From: Gallionella sp.
GTDB lineage: Bacteria > Pseudomonadota > Gammaproteobacteria > Burkholderiales > Gallionellaceae
Direction: 5' to 3'
Assembly (NCBI GenBank): GCA_025350405.1
Contig: JANXXX010000056.1
Location: 2,103 to 66,102, forward strand
Length of the DNA: 64,000 bases
Below the pieces are notes generated by a model. That model was not told the DNA's origin, made no database searches, and saw only the letters and a program-made list of their open reading frames with translations. Shown piece by piece: positions 1-11,262 of this stretch; positions within the stretch are counted from its first letter, which is position 1; every line of letters starts with the position of its first letter. A program made the translations under genes and the position numbers.

Positions 1-758
1 AAGGCGGAGGCGATCCATCCCGACTGCCTGTTTTTGTGCTGGGCATGCCTCGTTCCGGCACAACGCTGGTCGAACAGATCATTGCCAGCCATCCTGATGC
101 GCATGGAGCGGGGGAGCTGCCTGACCTGATGGAAATTGCGCAGCGCGATGTTGCCGGGACGGGGGCGCTCTTCCCGGATAACATTCCTGCACTGGATCAG
201 TCGGGCCTTTCCATATGGGCCGCAGACTATGTTGCAGGGCTACAACGATGTGCACCGGATGCAAAGCGCATCACCGACAAGATGCCGGCCAATTTTCTTG
301 CCATTGGTCTGATACACATGATGCTGCCCAATGCGAAGATCATCCACGTCAATCGTAATCCGGTGGATACCTGCCTTTCCTGTTTTATGCAGTTGTTCAG
401 TAATGGGCAGGAGTATTCCTACGACTTATCGGAATTGGGGCGGTATTATGTCGATTACGCACGGCTTATGGCGCATTGGCGCAGAGTGTTGCCGGCCGGG
501 GCTTTTCTGGATGTGCAGTATGAAGATATCGTCGCTGACCAAGCAGCTCAGGCGCGACGCATGATCGACTTCTGCGGTCTGGATTGGAACGACGCCTGCA
601 TTGATTTTCACGAGAGTAAACGTTCAATCCATACCGCCAGCGTGACGCAAGTTCGTCAGCCGATTTACAATTCTTCGGTAGAACGCTGGCGGCCTTATGC
701 AAAATTTCTCGGCCCGTTACTGGATGCGCTAGGCGATTTGGCGCCGAAGTGGAGTTAA
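1..758 (+). CDS. sulfotransferase-family protein, 5' end lies outside the window
   Basis: Frame 3 is open from the window edge (GGGDPSRLPVFVLGMPRSGTTLVEQ...). It has a PAPS-loop-like GMPRSGTT motif and ends at TAA 756-758. Confidence 0.8.
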   Translation, partial: GGGDPSRLPVFVLGMPRSGTTLVEQIIASHPDAHGAGELPDLMEIAQRDVAGTGALFPDNIPALDQSGLSIWAADYVAGLQRCAPDAKRITDKMPANFLAIGLIHMMLPNAKIIHVNRNPVDTCLSCFMQLFSNGQEYSYDLSELGRYYVDYARLMAHWRRVLPAGAFLDVQYEDIVADQAAQARRMIDFCGLDWNDACIDFHESKRSIHTASVTQVRQPIYNSSVERWRPYAKFLGPLLDALGDLAPKWS

Positions 759-994
759 AAAAAGCTCCATTAGTGTCGGAGTTGCGATTATTTTTCCGAT
801 CAACTTAAGTCATCTTTTTATTCGGTTTTCCCGCCTTCCTGCCCTTCCCACCTTCATTTTCTCTAAACACCAAAGCTGCGCATAATAAACAGCTTTAGCT
901 TGATGGCGTAATCTATTCTTTTTTAAGCATATTTACTTTTCATTAGCTTCCCGCGCTAACTCATTGTCCTGTAAAGATAAATCTCATTTTTAAC

Positions 995-1056
995 TTGACC
1001 AAGCGGTATTTTTTAAATATAGTGGGATCTAGTGGTAAAAAGTGGGTAAAAGTGGG
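995..1056 (+). promoter_or_regulatory. dcw promoter with four phased MraZ-type operator boxes
   Basis: TTGACC (995-1000), 17 nt, TATAGT (1018-1023). AGTGGG/AGTGGT/AGTGGG/AGTGGG start at 1021, 1031, 1041 and 1051, exactly 10 bp apart and directly upstream of mraZ. Confidence 0.7.
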
Positions 1057-1065
1057 GGTTAAGGG

Positions 1066-1512
1066 ATGTTTCAGGGGGCGGCACAACTCAATCTGGATAG
1101 CAAGGGCAGACTCGCAATACCGGCGCGGTATCGCGACATGCTGCTCGCGCATTGCGCGGGTAGTCTGGTGCTAACCGCCGATGCCGATGGTTGTTTGCTG
1201 GTCTATCCGCAACCGGACTGGCAACCGATACGCGAAAAGCTGCTCAAGCTTTCTGCACTCAATCCCAAAATTCGAGCTCTGCAACGTCGCCTGATCGGGT
1301 ATGCCGAGGATGTGGTGATGGATGGTGCCGGGCGCGTGCTGATCTCGCCGACGTTGCGCGGCTACGCCGTGTTGGACAAGCACGTGATGCTGGTCGGACA
1401 GGGCAATAAATTCGAGCTGTGGGATGAGGCGAAGTGGCAGTCACAGCAGCAGGCTGGTTTGTCATTCATGGATGGAGAGCTGCCTCCAGAGCTTGAAGGT
1501 TTTTCTTTGTGA
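1066..1512 (+). CDS. mraZ: transcriptional regulator MraZ
   Basis: 148 aa with two DSKGRLxIP/AGRVLISP SpoVT-AbrB-like halves. It is the first gene of the dcw cluster. Confidence 0.95.
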   Translation: MFQGAAQLNLDSKGRLAIPARYRDMLLAHCAGSLVLTADADGCLLVYPQPDWQPIREKLLKLSALNPKIRALQRRLIGYAEDVVMDGAGRVLISPTLRGYAVLDKHVMLVGQGNKFELWDEAKWQSQQQAGLSFMDGELPPELEGFSL

Positions 1513-1650
1513 AAACTTATGCAGAACGTAGCGAGCGAAGCTGAGGCAAGGGAAAGAATAGAGAGAAACCGGAAAGTGCGATTTGCACGTGAGGATTTTG
1601 AGCTATTTTTTAACGCGGCATCAGCGAGCGCAGTAGTTATGCAGAGGTTT
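1513..1650 (+). repeat. about 140-nt intergenic repeat, copy 1 (second, inverted copy at 20240-20390)
   Basis: Shares the blocks GAAAA..CGTAGCGAGC, ATTTTGAGC and CGAGCGCGCA.TAGTT with the reverse complement of 20240-20390. It fills the mraZ-rsmH spacer. Confidence 0.6.
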
Positions 1651-1652
1651 TT

Positions 1653-2588
1653 ATGAGTGAGGGCTTGGCCCACACCACAGTTCTGTTGCGCGAAGCAGTT
1701 GAAGCACTCGCAATCAAGCCGGATGGCACTTATGTGGACGGCACATTTGGACGCGGCGGGCACAGTGCGCAAATCCTGAAGCGGCTAGGCGCTGGCGGTA
1801 AGCTGATTGCAATGGACAAGGATCCAGCAGCGGTGGCAGTTGGTAAGGGATGGAGCGATGCGCGATTTTGCATGGTGCATCGCAGTTTCGCACAAATGGC
1901 GGAAGTGTTGCGCGAACAGAGTGTAGCGAGGGTGGACGGCATTCTACTTGATCTGGGTGTGTCATCACCGCAATTGGATGAGGCGGCGCGCGGTTTCAGT
2001 TTTCGCTTTGATGCGCCGCTGGATATGCGCATGGATGTCAGCAGCGGCATGACCGCAGCGCAGTGGCTGGCGACGGTGGATGAAAATTTATTGAGGGAGG
2101 TGATACGTGATTACGGCGAAGAACGGTTTGCTAAGCAGATTGCAAGAGCGATTGTTGCGGCGCGCACAATCGAACCCATACACACAACGCGGCAACTCGT
2201 CGAGCTGGTTAGTAAAGCGGTTCGTACCCGTGAGGCAGGGCAGAACCCGGCGACACGCACCTTTCAGGCTATACGGATTTATCTCAACCAGGAACTCGAA
2301 GAGCTTGCGCGGGTCTTGCCAGAGTGCGTGACGCATCTCAAGACTGGCGGGCGACTGGTGGTGATCAGCTTTCATTCGCTGGAAGACCGCATCGTGAAGC
2401 ATTTCATGCGTGAGATGGCGGAGGGGGATAAATTGCCGCGCAATGTGCCGATACGCGCCAGCGAAGTGCCGCAGGGAAAATTGAACTTGATCGGCAGAGC
2501 CGTGCACGTTAGCGGGGCAGAACTGCAAGCTAATCCTCGCGCACGCAGTGCAGTGATGCGCGTTGCAGAGCGCAGTGATGTCGCGTAA
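1653..2588 (+). CDS. rsmH: 16S rRNA (cytosine1402-N4)-methyltransferase RsmH
   Basis: 311 aa with [10 protein letters not shown]...[10 protein letters not shown] and LGVSSPQLD motifs, in the expected dcw position. Confidence 0.95.
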   Translation: MSEGLAHTTVLLREAVEALAIKPDGTYVDGTFGRGGHSAQILKRLGAGGKLIAMDKDPAAVAVGKGWSDARFCMVHRSFAQMAEVLREQSVARVDGILLDLGVSSPQLDEAARGFSFRFDAPLDMRMDVSSGMTAAQWLATVDENLLREVIRDYGEERFAKQIARAIVAARTIEPIHTTRQLVELVSKAVRTREAGQNPATRTFQAIRIYLNQELEELARVLPECVTHLKTGGRLVVISFHSLEDRIVKHFMREMAEGDKLPRNVPIRASEVPQGKLNLIGRAVHVSGAELQANPRARSAVMRVAERSDVA

Positions 2589-2610
2589 TAGTGGCTTGGG
2601 CTGAGTGCGC

Positions 2611-2958
2611 ATGAAGGGCGACATGGTGAGTATCCGCAAGCAAGTAATAGGCAAAATCGATGGAATCAGCCCAGCCTCTCAGGGCTTACTACTAGTGGCG
2701 GTGGTGTTGTGTGCGTTGAGCGTGGTCACCTCGCAGCACAAGGCGCGGAAGCTGTTCATGGAGCTGCAAAGAGAAAAAGAGCAGGCGCAGCAAATGGATG
2801 TGGAGTGGGGGCAGTTGAAACTAGAGCAAAGCACTTGGGCTACGCCGGCACGGGTAGAAGAAGTTGCTGTGAAAAAGTTGCAAATGCAGTTGCCCAAAAA
2901 CGGGCAGGTTCAATTTATATGGGTGAAGCCTAACGGCGGAACAAAGCTACGACAATGA
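2611..2958 (+). CDS. ftsL: cell division protein FtsL
   Basis: Small bitopic protein (TM segment LLLVAVVLCALSVV followed by a coiled coil) between rsmH and ftsI. The start is uncertain (GTG 2605, ATG 2611 or ATG 2623). Confidence 0.85.
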   Translation: MKGDMVSIRKQVIGKIDGISPASQGLLLVAVVLCALSVVTSQHKARKLFMELQREKEQAQQMDVEWGQLKLEQSTWATPARVEEVAVKKLQMQLPKNGQVQFIWVKPNGGTKLRQ

Positions 2959-4685
2959 ATTACGCGGCCAGCGCACATCCCGACATCACGGCGAAATTGC
3001 CAGGATGGCGCGCCACCGCACTATTCATAATAATGCTGGTTGGACTGGCCGGGCTGCTGGGGCGCGGGGTGTATTTGCAAGGAATACACAATGACTTTCT
3101 GCAGGAAAAAGGCAAAGCGCGTTATAGCCGCGTGATCGAGGTAAGTGCGCATCGCGGAGTGATTTCCGACCGCAACGGCGAGCCACTCGCAGTCAGCACC
3201 CCGGTCGAATCGGTGTGGGCTAGCCCTCCTGACGTGGAAGCCGACAGGCACCAAGTAAAAAAACTGGCACAAATTCTGGGTATGGACATAGAGGAAGTGA
3301 AGAGTCGTCTGTTTGATACTTCACGTGATTTTGTCTATCTCAAGCGACTGTTGCCCCCGGATCAGATTGAGAGGGTGGTGGGATTGAATCTTCCGGGAGT
3401 TTCATTGCAACGCGAATATCGTCGCTATTATCCAGCGGGTGAGGAGGCTGCGCAGACGCTGGGTTTTACCGGGCAAGATGATAACGGGCAAGAGGGGATG
3501 GAGCTGGCCTTGCAGGAACAGCTCGCTGGAAAGCCTGGCAGCCAGCGCGTCATCAAGGATAACCATGGCTATATTGTCGAAGATGCCGGTAGTCTCCTCG
3601 CGTCCAAGCCGGGCGGCGATGTCGTGCTTAGCCTGGACAGCAATTTGCAACATATCGCATATCGCGAACTGGAAAATGCTGTCAAGCAGCATCGAGCCAA
3701 GGCCGGTGCGGTAGTGGTTCTCGATGCGCGCAGCGGCGAAGTGTTGGCTCTCGCAAACTATCCTGGTTTCAACCCGAACAACCGCAATAATACCAACAGC
3801 AAAGGGATGCGCAACCGCGCGATTACCGATCTGTTTGAGCCCGGTTCGACACTGAAACCATTCACGGTGGCGATGGCGATCGAAACGAGAAAGGTGCGCT
3901 CAAATACCGTCATCAATACCGAGCATGGTGTGTTTACGGTGAGCAACAGAAAGATTCACGACGCGCATCCTCAGGCTATGTTGACCGTGGCACAAGTCAT
4001 CCAGCAATCCAGCAATGTGGGTGCCGCCAAAATAGCCTTGATGCTGAAATCCGAAACGATGTGGCAGGGCTTGGCGGATAGCGGATTCGGCGCGCAGACC
4101 GGCAGCAACTTCCCGGGCGAGGCGCCGGGTAAATTGCGCGATTCAAAAACCTGGCGGCCCATTGAGCAAGCCACCATGGCTTATGGGCATGGGATCTCGG
4201 TGAATCTGCTGCAACTGGCACGGGCTTATACCATTTTTGCCAACGATGGAGAATTGAAGCCGATATCACTGCTCAAGATGGATGTTCCGGCGACAGGGAA
4301 GAGAGTATTTTCCGAGCGCACCGCGCGTGAGATGCTTAACATGATGGAAATGGTAGTACTGCCAGGCGGCACCGCCCCGTTGGCGCAAGTGGCCGGTTAT
4401 CGTGTGGCGGGCAAGACGGGCACCGCGCATAAACTGGAGGATGGTCGTTATGTCGATCACTATGTCGCATCTTTTGTCGGAATCGCGCCGGCATCGAATC
4501 CGCGTCTGGTGGTGGCGGTGATGATAGATGATCCGGCGGGCACGCAGTATTACGGAGGAGAAGTTGCCGCGCCGGTGTTCAGCAAGGTAACGGGTGCGGC
4601 GTTGCATGCACTCAGTGTGCCGAATGATGCGCCGCTGGACAACGTTATCGCGCCGCCGGCTGATATCGTGAAGGAGGAAGTGTGA
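2955..4685 (+). CDS. ftsI: peptidoglycan D,D-transpeptidase FtsI (PBP3)
   Basis: 576 aa with STLKP, SSN and KTGT penicillin-binding motifs. The ATGA overlaps the ftsL stop. Confidence 0.95.
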   Translation: MNYAASAHPDITAKLPGWRATALFIIMLVGLAGLLGRGVYLQGIHNDFLQEKGKARYSRVIEVSAHRGVISDRNGEPLAVSTPVESVWASPPDVEADRHQVKKLAQILGMDIEEVKSRLFDTSRDFVYLKRLLPPDQIERVVGLNLPGVSLQREYRRYYPAGEEAAQTLGFTGQDDNGQEGMELALQEQLAGKPGSQRVIKDNHGYIVEDAGSLLASKPGGDVVLSLDSNLQHIAYRELENAVKQHRAKAGAVVVLDARSGEVLALANYPGFNPNNRNNTNSKGMRNRAITDLFEPGSTLKPFTVAMAIETRKVRSNTVINTEHGVFTVSNRKIHDAHPQAMLTVAQVIQQSSNVGAAKIALMLKSETMWQGLADSGFGAQTGSNFPGEAPGKLRDSKTWRPIEQATMAYGHGISVNLLQLARAYTIFANDGELKPISLLKMDVPATGKRVFSERTAREMLNMMEMVVLPGGTAPLAQVAGYRVAGKTGTAHKLEDGRYVDHYVASFVGIAPASNPRLVVAVMIDDPAGTQYYGGEVAAPVFSKVTGAALHALSVPNDAPLDNVIAPPADIVKEEV

Positions 4686-6193
4686 GTCCTGCCCTGCATC
4701 AGTGGGCTCTCGATCAATTGGCTACCTTAAAAGCGCCGGTCACACGCCTGATGACGGATAGCCGCTCAATTCGGAGCGGAGACACTTTTGTTGCCTATCC
4801 CGGTGAAAAATCTGATGGCCGGCAGTTCATCGCGTCAGCGATAGCACAAGGCGCAAATGCGGTGATCTGGGAGGCGCAACATTTTGTCTGGGACTATGCA
4901 TGGCAAGTGCCCAATCTCGCTGTAACCGATTTGCGCCACAGGGCCGGATGGCTGGCCGATGCGGTATATGACACACCATCGGAAAAATTGTGGATGGTGG
5001 GTATCACCGGAACCAATGGCAAGACTTCAACCTGTCATTGGATAGCACGGGCATTGAATGAGACGGGAAAGCGGTGCGCAGTGATTGGCACACTGGGAAA
5101 TGGTTTTGTCGACGCGTTGCAACCCAGCGCGAATACCACGCCAGATGCGATTAGCGTGCATGGCTTGTTGGCCGGATATGTGAGCGCAGGCGCGCAGGCA
5201 GTAGCGATGGAAGTCTCTTCGCACGCGCTGTCGCAGGGGCGGGTCAATGCGGTGCATTTCGATGTGGCGATGCTCACCAACTTGAGCCGCGATCATCTCG
5301 ATTATCACGGTGACATGCAACGTTACGCGGATGCCAAGCGCAAACTGTTCGATTGGCAGCAGCTTAAATATGTGGTGCTCAATCTCGACGATGCATATGG
5401 CGTCGAGCTGGCTGGGCAACTGCAAGATGAAGATGCGGAAGTCATTGGCTACGGCTTGAGCGATGCAGCGTTGCAACTCGCCGAGCGCTTGGGCTTGCGC
5501 ATGGTCTATGGCAATTTGCTGGAAATGACCGGGCAGGGATTGCGGCTGGCAGTACACTCCAGCTGGGGAGCGGCGGAGTTGAATAGCGCGTTGGTCGGGC
5601 GATTCAACGCCGCGAATCTTCTGGGTGCATTGGCGGTATTGCTGGTAAGCGGGATAGTCTTGAGCGATGCAGTGCGCTCGTTGAGCAAGGTGCAGCCGGT
5701 TGCCGGACGCATGCAACGTCTGGGTGGCGTGCAACAACCGACGGTAATCGTGGATTATGCACACACCCCGGACGCATTGGAAAAAGTACTGCAGGCATTG
5801 CGCGAAGTCAGCGAGGCAGCAGGCGGAAAGGTGTTGTGCGTATTCGGCTGTGGCGGAGATCGGGATCGGGGTAAGCGCGCCATGATGGGCCGGGTCGCGG
5901 AAAAGTTCTCCGATTTTTGCATTGTCACCTCCGATAACCCGCGCAGCGAAAATCCGCGCGACATCATCGCGGAAATTGTCGGCGGCATGAGTGAAGGCAA
6001 CCATGAAATCATAGTGGATCGCGCCGCCGCAATTAAGCGTGCCATCGGGCATGCGCGGCAAAGCGATACTGTCTTGATCGCAGGCAAGGGGCACGAGGAT
6101 TATCAAGAGATCAACGGCATCAAGCATCCGTTCAATGATGTACTGGTCGTGCAGCAGGCATTGCGGGACAGTCATCAGGAGGGGGGCGCATGA
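4682..6193 (+). CDS. murE: UDP-MurNAc-tripeptide synthetase MurE
   Basis: 503 aa Mur ligase with GITGTNGKTS P-loop. GTG start overlaps the ftsI stop. Confidence 0.95.
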   Translation: MSPALHQWALDQLATLKAPVTRLMTDSRSIRSGDTFVAYPGEKSDGRQFIASAIAQGANAVIWEAQHFVWDYAWQVPNLAVTDLRHRAGWLADAVYDTPSEKLWMVGITGTNGKTSTCHWIARALNETGKRCAVIGTLGNGFVDALQPSANTTPDAISVHGLLAGYVSAGAQAVAMEVSSHALSQGRVNAVHFDVAMLTNLSRDHLDYHGDMQRYADAKRKLFDWQQLKYVVLNLDDAYGVELAGQLQDEDAEVIGYGLSDAALQLAERLGLRMVYGNLLEMTGQGLRLAVHSSWGAAELNSALVGRFNAANLLGALAVLLVSGIVLSDAVRSLSKVQPVAGRMQRLGGVQQPTVIVDYAHTPDALEKVLQALREVSEAAGGKVLCVFGCGGDRDRGKRAMMGRVAEKFSDFCIVTSDNPRSENPRDIIAEIVGGMSEGNHEIIVDRAAAIKRAIGHARQSDTVLIAGKGHEDYQEINGIKHPFNDVLVVQQALRDSHQEGGA

Positions 6194-7587
6194 TGCTGTT
6201 GTCGCAAGCCGCGCAGGCCACTGATGGCAAACTGGTCGGAACCGATGTGCGTTTCCGTGCGGTATCCAGCGACAGCCGTAAAATTGCGCCAGGTGATTTG
6301 TTCGTAGCGTTGCGCGGTGAAAATTTCGACGGCTACAATTTTGTTGAAACTGCTGCGCAAGCGGGAGCGGTCGCGGCGCTGGTGAATGCTGACAGCTATG
6401 CGGAGCGGGGGCCAAGTGGCAAGAAGCTGAGTACAAGGTCTGCCCCGGGCATCCCGCTCCTGGTTGTAGACGATACACGCTTGGCGTTGGGGCGGTTGGC
6501 TGGGTGGTGGCGCAGGCAGTTCAACATTCCACTGGTGGCGATTACTGGCAGCAACGGCAAGACCACGGTAAAGGAAATGCTCGCCAGCATTCTGCGCGAG
6601 GCGGCAGGCAGTCCAGACGCAGTGCTGGCAACTCAGGGCAATTTAAACAACGACATCGGCATGCCGCTGACGTTGCTGCAACTGAATGCAAGGCACCGTT
6701 ATGCCGTGATAGAAATGGGCATGAATCATCCGGGTGAGATTGAATATCTGACACGTATCGCCAGACCAGATATTGCACTGATCAACAACGCCAGCGGCGC
6801 GCATCTGGAAGGGCTGGGTTCAGTGGAGGCGGTCGCGCAAGCCAAGGGTGAGATCTTCGCGGGTCTGAAGCATCATGGCACGGCGGTGATCAACGCTGAT
6901 GATGCACATGCCCCATTATGGCGCTCGCTGGTGGGTGTCAACCCCTTGATTGAATTTGGCCTGAATCCAGACGCAGATGTTTGTGGCACGTGGTTGCCGC
7001 AAGGCTATGGCTTGCGGCTCGATGTGACTGCGCCGCAAGGGATGTTTGCTGCGGATTTGCAGGTTCCCGGTGCGCACAATGCGCGCAATGCGCTGGCGGC
7101 AACAGCTGCAGCAATCGTGCTGAATATCTCCTTGGAAACCATAGTCGCAGGGCTGGAAAAATTCAGCGGTGTGGCCGGGCGCATGCAGCGCAAGGCTGCT
7201 TTGCATGGCGCCAACCTGATAGACGATACCTACAACGCCAATCCGGCTTCGATGCGTGCTGCAATCAGCGTACTTGCGCAGGCAACGGGCAAGCGTATTT
7301 TGGTATTGGGCGACATGGGCGAATTGGGCGGGGATGCCGCAGTCTTTCATGCCGAGATCGGTAGCGAAGCGCGCCGGGCCGGAATTGAAAAGCTATATGC
7401 GCTGGGCGATTTGAGTCGCTACGCGGTACGTGAATTTGGCAGTGGCGCGCAACACTTCGGGCGCATCGAAGATTTGCAGCAGGCACTGGAAAAGGAACTG
7501 GACGCGAACACCATGGTGCTGGTGAAGGGTTCGCGATTTATGAAAATGGAACGCGTAGTGCAATTTTGCACAGCGACAAGGGAATAA
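6190..7587 (+). CDS. murF: UDP-MurNAc-pentapeptide synthetase MurF
   Basis: 465 aa Mur ligase with [10 protein letters not shown]-loop. Confidence 0.95.
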   Translation: MMLLSQAAQATDGKLVGTDVRFRAVSSDSRKIAPGDLFVALRGENFDGYNFVETAAQAGAVAALVNADSYAERGPSGKKLSTRSAPGIPLLVVDDTRLALGRLAGWWRRQFNIPLVAITGSNGKTTVKEMLASILREAAGSPDAVLATQGNLNNDIGMPLTLLQLNARHRYAVIEMGMNHPGEIEYLTRIARPDIALINNASGAHLEGLGSVEAVAQAKGEIFAGLKHHGTAVINADDAHAPLWRSLVGVNPLIEFGLNPDADVCGTWLPQGYGLRLDVTAPQGMFAADLQVPGAHNARNALAATAAAIVLNISLETIVAGLEKFSGVAGRMQRKAALHGANLIDDTYNANPASMRAAISVLAQATGKRILVLGDMGELGGDAAVFHAEIGSEARRAGIEKLYALGDLSRYAVREFGSGAQHFGRIEDLQQALEKELDANTMVLVKGSRFMKMERVVQFCTATRE

Positions 7588-7589
7588 CG

Positions 7590-8675
7590 ATGCTGCTCGC
7601 GCTCGCTCAATGGTTGGCTCAGGACGTAAGGTTTTTCAGCGTGTTCAATTACATCACGCTGCGTACCGTGCTGGCGGCGATGACGGCGTTGCTCATCTCG
7701 TTTATGGTCGGCCCGCTGATGATACGCAAATTGGCTGCATACAAGATCGGCCAATCGGTGCGCAGCGACGGGCCGCAGACACACTTGGTCAAGGCTGGTA
7801 CGCCGACCATGGGCGGTGCGCTGATCCTGACCTCAATCGCGATCACTACCTTGCTGTGGGGTGACTTGCACAACCATTATGTGTGGGTGGTGTTGCTGAC
7901 GACCTTGAGTTTCGGGGTGATCGGCTGGGTGGATGATTATCGCAAGGTGGTGCACCGTAACCCCAAGGGCCTGTCGGCCAGGACAAAGATGGGTTGGCAG
8001 TCCATCATCGCGCTGGTGGTTGGCATCTATTTGTGGAAAACCGCCAGCTTGCCGGCGAACACCGAACTCATCGTGCCCTTTCTGAAGTTCTTTGTGTTTC
8101 CGCTAGGGGCATTCCTGTTCATTGTGGTGACTTATCTGGTCATAGTCGGCACCAGCAACGCCGTGAATTTGACCGACGGACTGGATGGCCTGGCTATCAT
8201 GCCCACGGTGATGGTGAGTGGCGCGCTGGCGATATTCGCCTATGTGGCCGGTCATGCGGTGTTTTCAAAATATCTTGGTGTCCCTTATATCCCGGGTGCG
8301 GGTGAGTTGGCGGTGTTTTGCGGCGGTATCACCGGAGCCGGCTTGGCTTTCCTGTGGTTCAACGCATATCCCGCCGAAGTGTTCATGGGCGATGTGGGCG
8401 CACTCGCGCTCGGGGCCGCACTCGGCACGGTGGCTGTGATCGTGCGTCAGGAATTGGCGCTGTTCATCATGGGCGGTGTGTTCGTCGTCGAGGCGGTTTC
8501 GGTGATTATCCAGGTGGTCTCGTTCAAGCTCACTGGCAAACGCGTGTTCCGCATGGCTCCGTTACATCATCACTATGAATTGAAGGGCTGGAAAGAGACC
8601 CAAGTGGTAGTGCGCTTCTGGATCATCACGATGATGCTGGTTTTGCTGGGTCTGGCGACCCTTAAGTTGAGATGA
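7590..8675 (+). CDS. mraY: phospho-N-acetylmuramoyl-pentapeptide transferase MraY
   Basis: Polytopic membrane protein starting MLLALAQWL at ATG 7590, which is 3 nt after the murF stop. The upstream part of the track ORF (from 7566) overlaps murF. Confidence 0.93.
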   Translation: MLLALAQWLAQDVRFFSVFNYITLRTVLAAMTALLISFMVGPLMIRKLAAYKIGQSVRSDGPQTHLVKAGTPTMGGALILTSIAITTLLWGDLHNHYVWVVLLTTLSFGVIGWVDDYRKVVHRNPKGLSARTKMGWQSIIALVVGIYLWKTASLPANTELIVPFLKFFVFPLGAFLFIVVTYLVIVGTSNAVNLTDGLDGLAIMPTVMVSGALAIFAYVAGHAVFSKYLGVPYIPGAGELAVFCGGITGAGLAFLWFNAYPAEVFMGDVGALALGAALGTVAVIVRQELALFIMGGVFVVEAVSVIIQVVSFKLTGKRVFRMAPLHHHYELKGWKETQVVVRFWIITMMLVLLGLATLKLR

Positions 8676-10054
8676 AGCAACATAAAAACAAATCGGTGCT
8701 GGTGCTTGGCCTGGGCGAGACCGGGCTATCCATGGTGCGTTGGCTCAGCGCGCAGAGCGCACGACTGCGCGTCGCGGACAGTCGCAGCGCGCCACCGGGA
8801 TTGGCGCAAGCTGCCCAGTATGTTGCGCCGGATCAAATATTTTGCGGTAATTTTAACGATGCGTTGTTCGATGGCATCGAGCTGATCGCGATCAGTCCGG
8901 GTGTGCCGTTGCGCGATCCGGTTGTAGCGCGGGCCGTCGCACGTGGTATAGAAGTGGTGGGTGACATCGAGTTGTTCGCGCAATCGCTGCCCAAGGACAA
9001 TCGTCCGCACATCCTCGCGATCACCGGGGCTAACGGGAAAACTACCGTCACCAGCATGGTGGAGCATCTGTGCAAGGCGGCGGGAAAAGACGTCGTGGCG
9101 GCGGGAAATATTTCACCGGCAGTACTGAGTGTCGTGCTGGAGCGTGGCGTAAATCAACCGGAAGTTTGGGTGTTGGAGCTGTCCAGTTTTCAGCTCGAAA
9201 CCACGTCCAGTCTTAACGCCGATGCCGCAACCGTGCTGAATATCAGCGAAGACCATCTCGATCGCTATGCCGACATGGCCGAATACAGCGCAGCCAAGGC
9301 GCGTATCTTTGCGGGCTGTGGGATACAGGTGCTGAATCGCGATGACGCGCGTTGCATGAGTATGGCGCGCGCAGGATGCAAAACCATCACGTTTGGTTTG
9401 AATATGCCCGACACTAAAAACGATTTTGGCATAGAGCGCGCTGACGGGGAAATCTGGTTGGTGCAAGGCACGCAACGTCTGATACAAGCCAGCGAGTTGC
9501 AAGTGGTCGGATTGCATAACGTGGCGAATGCTTTGGCCGCGTTGGCGTTGAGCAGTGCGATAAATTTTCCGATGCCGGTGTTGCTGGATGCGCTGCGCAG
9601 TTTCAAAGGATTGCCGCATCGCGTGGAGCGTGTGACAGAAATGGATGGAATCACTTATTACGATGATTCCAAGGGCACCAATGTCGGCGCGACCATTGTC
9701 GCGTTGCAGGGATTGGGGTGCAAGGCCGTGTTGATCGCCGGTGGTGAGGGCAAGGGGCAGGATTTTGCACCGCTCAATCCGGTAGTGGCGCAGCATGCGC
9801 GTGCGGTGGTGTTGATCGGACGTGATGCACCGCTGATCGCTGCTGCATTGGAGGGCTGCGGTGTGCAAGTGGTGCATGCCGAAAATATGGGCAATGCCGT
9901 GCAACAGGCGTCACAACTGGCGCAAAACGGCGATGCCGTGTTGTTGTCTCCGGCCTGCGCCAGTTTCGACATGTTCCGTAACTATGAACATCGCGCCGAG
10001 GTGTTCGTGCAAGCGGTGCATGAGTTGGAGAAGGAGGGCGCATGGCATCATTAG
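8672..10054 (+). CDS. murD: UDP-MurNAc-L-Ala--D-Glu ligase MurD
   Basis: 460 aa with VLGLGETG N-terminus and [10 protein letters not shown]-loop. Confidence 0.95.
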   Translation: MKQHKNKSVLVLGLGETGLSMVRWLSAQSARLRVADSRSAPPGLAQAAQYVAPDQIFCGNFNDALFDGIELIAISPGVPLRDPVVARAVARGIEVVGDIELFAQSLPKDNRPHILAITGANGKTTVTSMVEHLCKAAGKDVVAAGNISPAVLSVVLERGVNQPEVWVLELSSFQLETTSSLNADAATVLNISEDHLDRYADMAEYSAAKARIFAGCGIQVLNRDDARCMSMARAGCKTITFGLNMPDTKNDFGIERADGEIWLVQGTQRLIQASELQVVGLHNVANALAALALSSAINFPMPVLLDALRSFKGLPHRVERVTEMDGITYYDDSKGTNVGATIVALQGLGCKAVLIAGGEGKGQDFAPLNPVVAQHARAVVLIGRDAPLIAAALEGCGVQVVHAENMGNAVQQASQLAQNGDAVLLSPACASFDMFRNYEHRAEVFVQAVHELEKEGAWHH

Positions 10055-11262
10055 CCTACGCAAAGATTTCCCCGACGGGTGCACGGGAGTTTCATCCCCG
10101 CCCTGTCGCTGTCAAGACGCGTACTCCGCCGCCGCAGGCGCAATTCGACGAGTTGTTGGCCTGGGTGTTAATTGGATTGCTTGCGCTCGGTTTGGTGATG
10201 GTGTATTCCGCTTCGATCGCCACCGCTGAAGCCAATAAATTTACCAGCTATCAAGCCGCATACTATCTGGCCCGGCATGGAGTGTTCATCGCAGTGGGTC
10301 TGTTAGCCGGATTGATTGCCTTTCAGGTGTCGTTGCAAACGTGGCAGGCGTATGCGCCCTATCTATTTTTGATCGGGGCAGCTTTGTTGGTACTGGTGCT
10401 GATTCCGCACGTCGGTCGCGAAGTGAACGGCAGCCGCCGCTGGCTATCGCTGTTCGTTATCAACTTGCAACCTTCCGAATTGATGAAGCTGTTTGCCGTT
10501 TTGTACGCCGCCGATTACACCGCCCGCAAGAGCAAGGTTGGCCACCTGTTCAGGAAAGCTTTCGTGCCGATGCTGGTAGTGATGGTGCTGGTCGGCGGCT
10601 TATTGCTGCAAGAGCCGGACATGGGCGCGTTCGTAGTGATTTTGTCTATCGCCTTCTGCACCCTGTGGCTGGGCGGCTTCAATCTCAAAGTGTTCGTCGC
10701 GTTGTTGTTGGCGTTGCCGCTGGCGTTCGCCGCGCTGATACTTTCCTCTCCTTACCGGATGCAACGCGTCATCGGCTTTATGGATCCGTGGTCTGACCCG
10801 TATGGCAAGGGTTATCAACTGAGCCACGCGCTGATCGCCTTCGGCCGCGGCGAATGGCTGGGTGTAGGGCTCGGCGGCAGTGTGGAGAAATTGTTCTACT
10901 TGCCGGAAGCGCACACTGACTTCCTGATGGCGGTGATTGCCGAAGAGCTCGGCTTGCTCGGCGTGGCTGCGGTGATCGGACTGTTCGCTCTGCTGGTGGT
11001 GCGCTCGCTCCAGATTGGCCGGCATGCCGCATTTCTCGAGCGCAACTTTTCCGCGCTGGTCGCACAGGGTATCGGGGTGTGGATAGGCGCGCAGGCGGTG
11101 ATCAACATCGGCGTGAACATGGGCGTGTTGCCAACCAAGGGATTGACCCTGCCGTTCCTGAGTTTCGGCGGCAGCGGCATCGTGGTGAATTGCGTCGCGG
11201 CAGCGGTGCTGTTGAGAGTCGACTACGAGAATAGACGCATCGCGCGGGGACTTCCGGTATGA
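10042..11262 (+). CDS. ftsW: SEDS peptidoglycan glycosyltransferase FtsW
   Basis: 406 aa, about 10 TM segments, with the PEAHTDF SEDS motif. The exact start is uncertain. Confidence 0.92.
   Translation: MASLAYAKISPTGAREFHPRPVAVKTRTPPPQAQFDELLAWVLIGLLALGLVMVYSASIATAEANKFTSYQAAYYLARHGVFIAVGLLAGLIAFQVSLQTWQAYAPYLFLIGAALLVLVLIPHVGREVNGSRRWLSLFVINLQPSELMKLFAVLYAADYTARKSKVGHLFRKAFVPMLVVMVLVGGLLLQEPDMGAFVVILSIAFCTLWLGGFNLKVFVALLLALPLAFAALILSSPYRMQRVIGFMDPWSDPYGKGYQLSHALIAFGRGEWLGVGLGGSVEKLFYLPEAHTDFLMAVIAEELGLLGVAAVIGLFALLVVRSLQIGRHAAFLERNFSALVAQGIGVWIGAQAVINIGVNMGVLPTKGLTLPFLSFGGSGIVVNCVAAAVLLRVDYENRRIARGLPV

Noticed and set aside
5027-6478. 483-aa ORF on the minus strand.
   Set aside because: It lies entirely antisense to murE and murF, which have clear motifs. 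Its Arg/Ala/His/Gln-rich composition is typical of shadow ORFs in GC-rich coding DNA. It has no recognisable domain.
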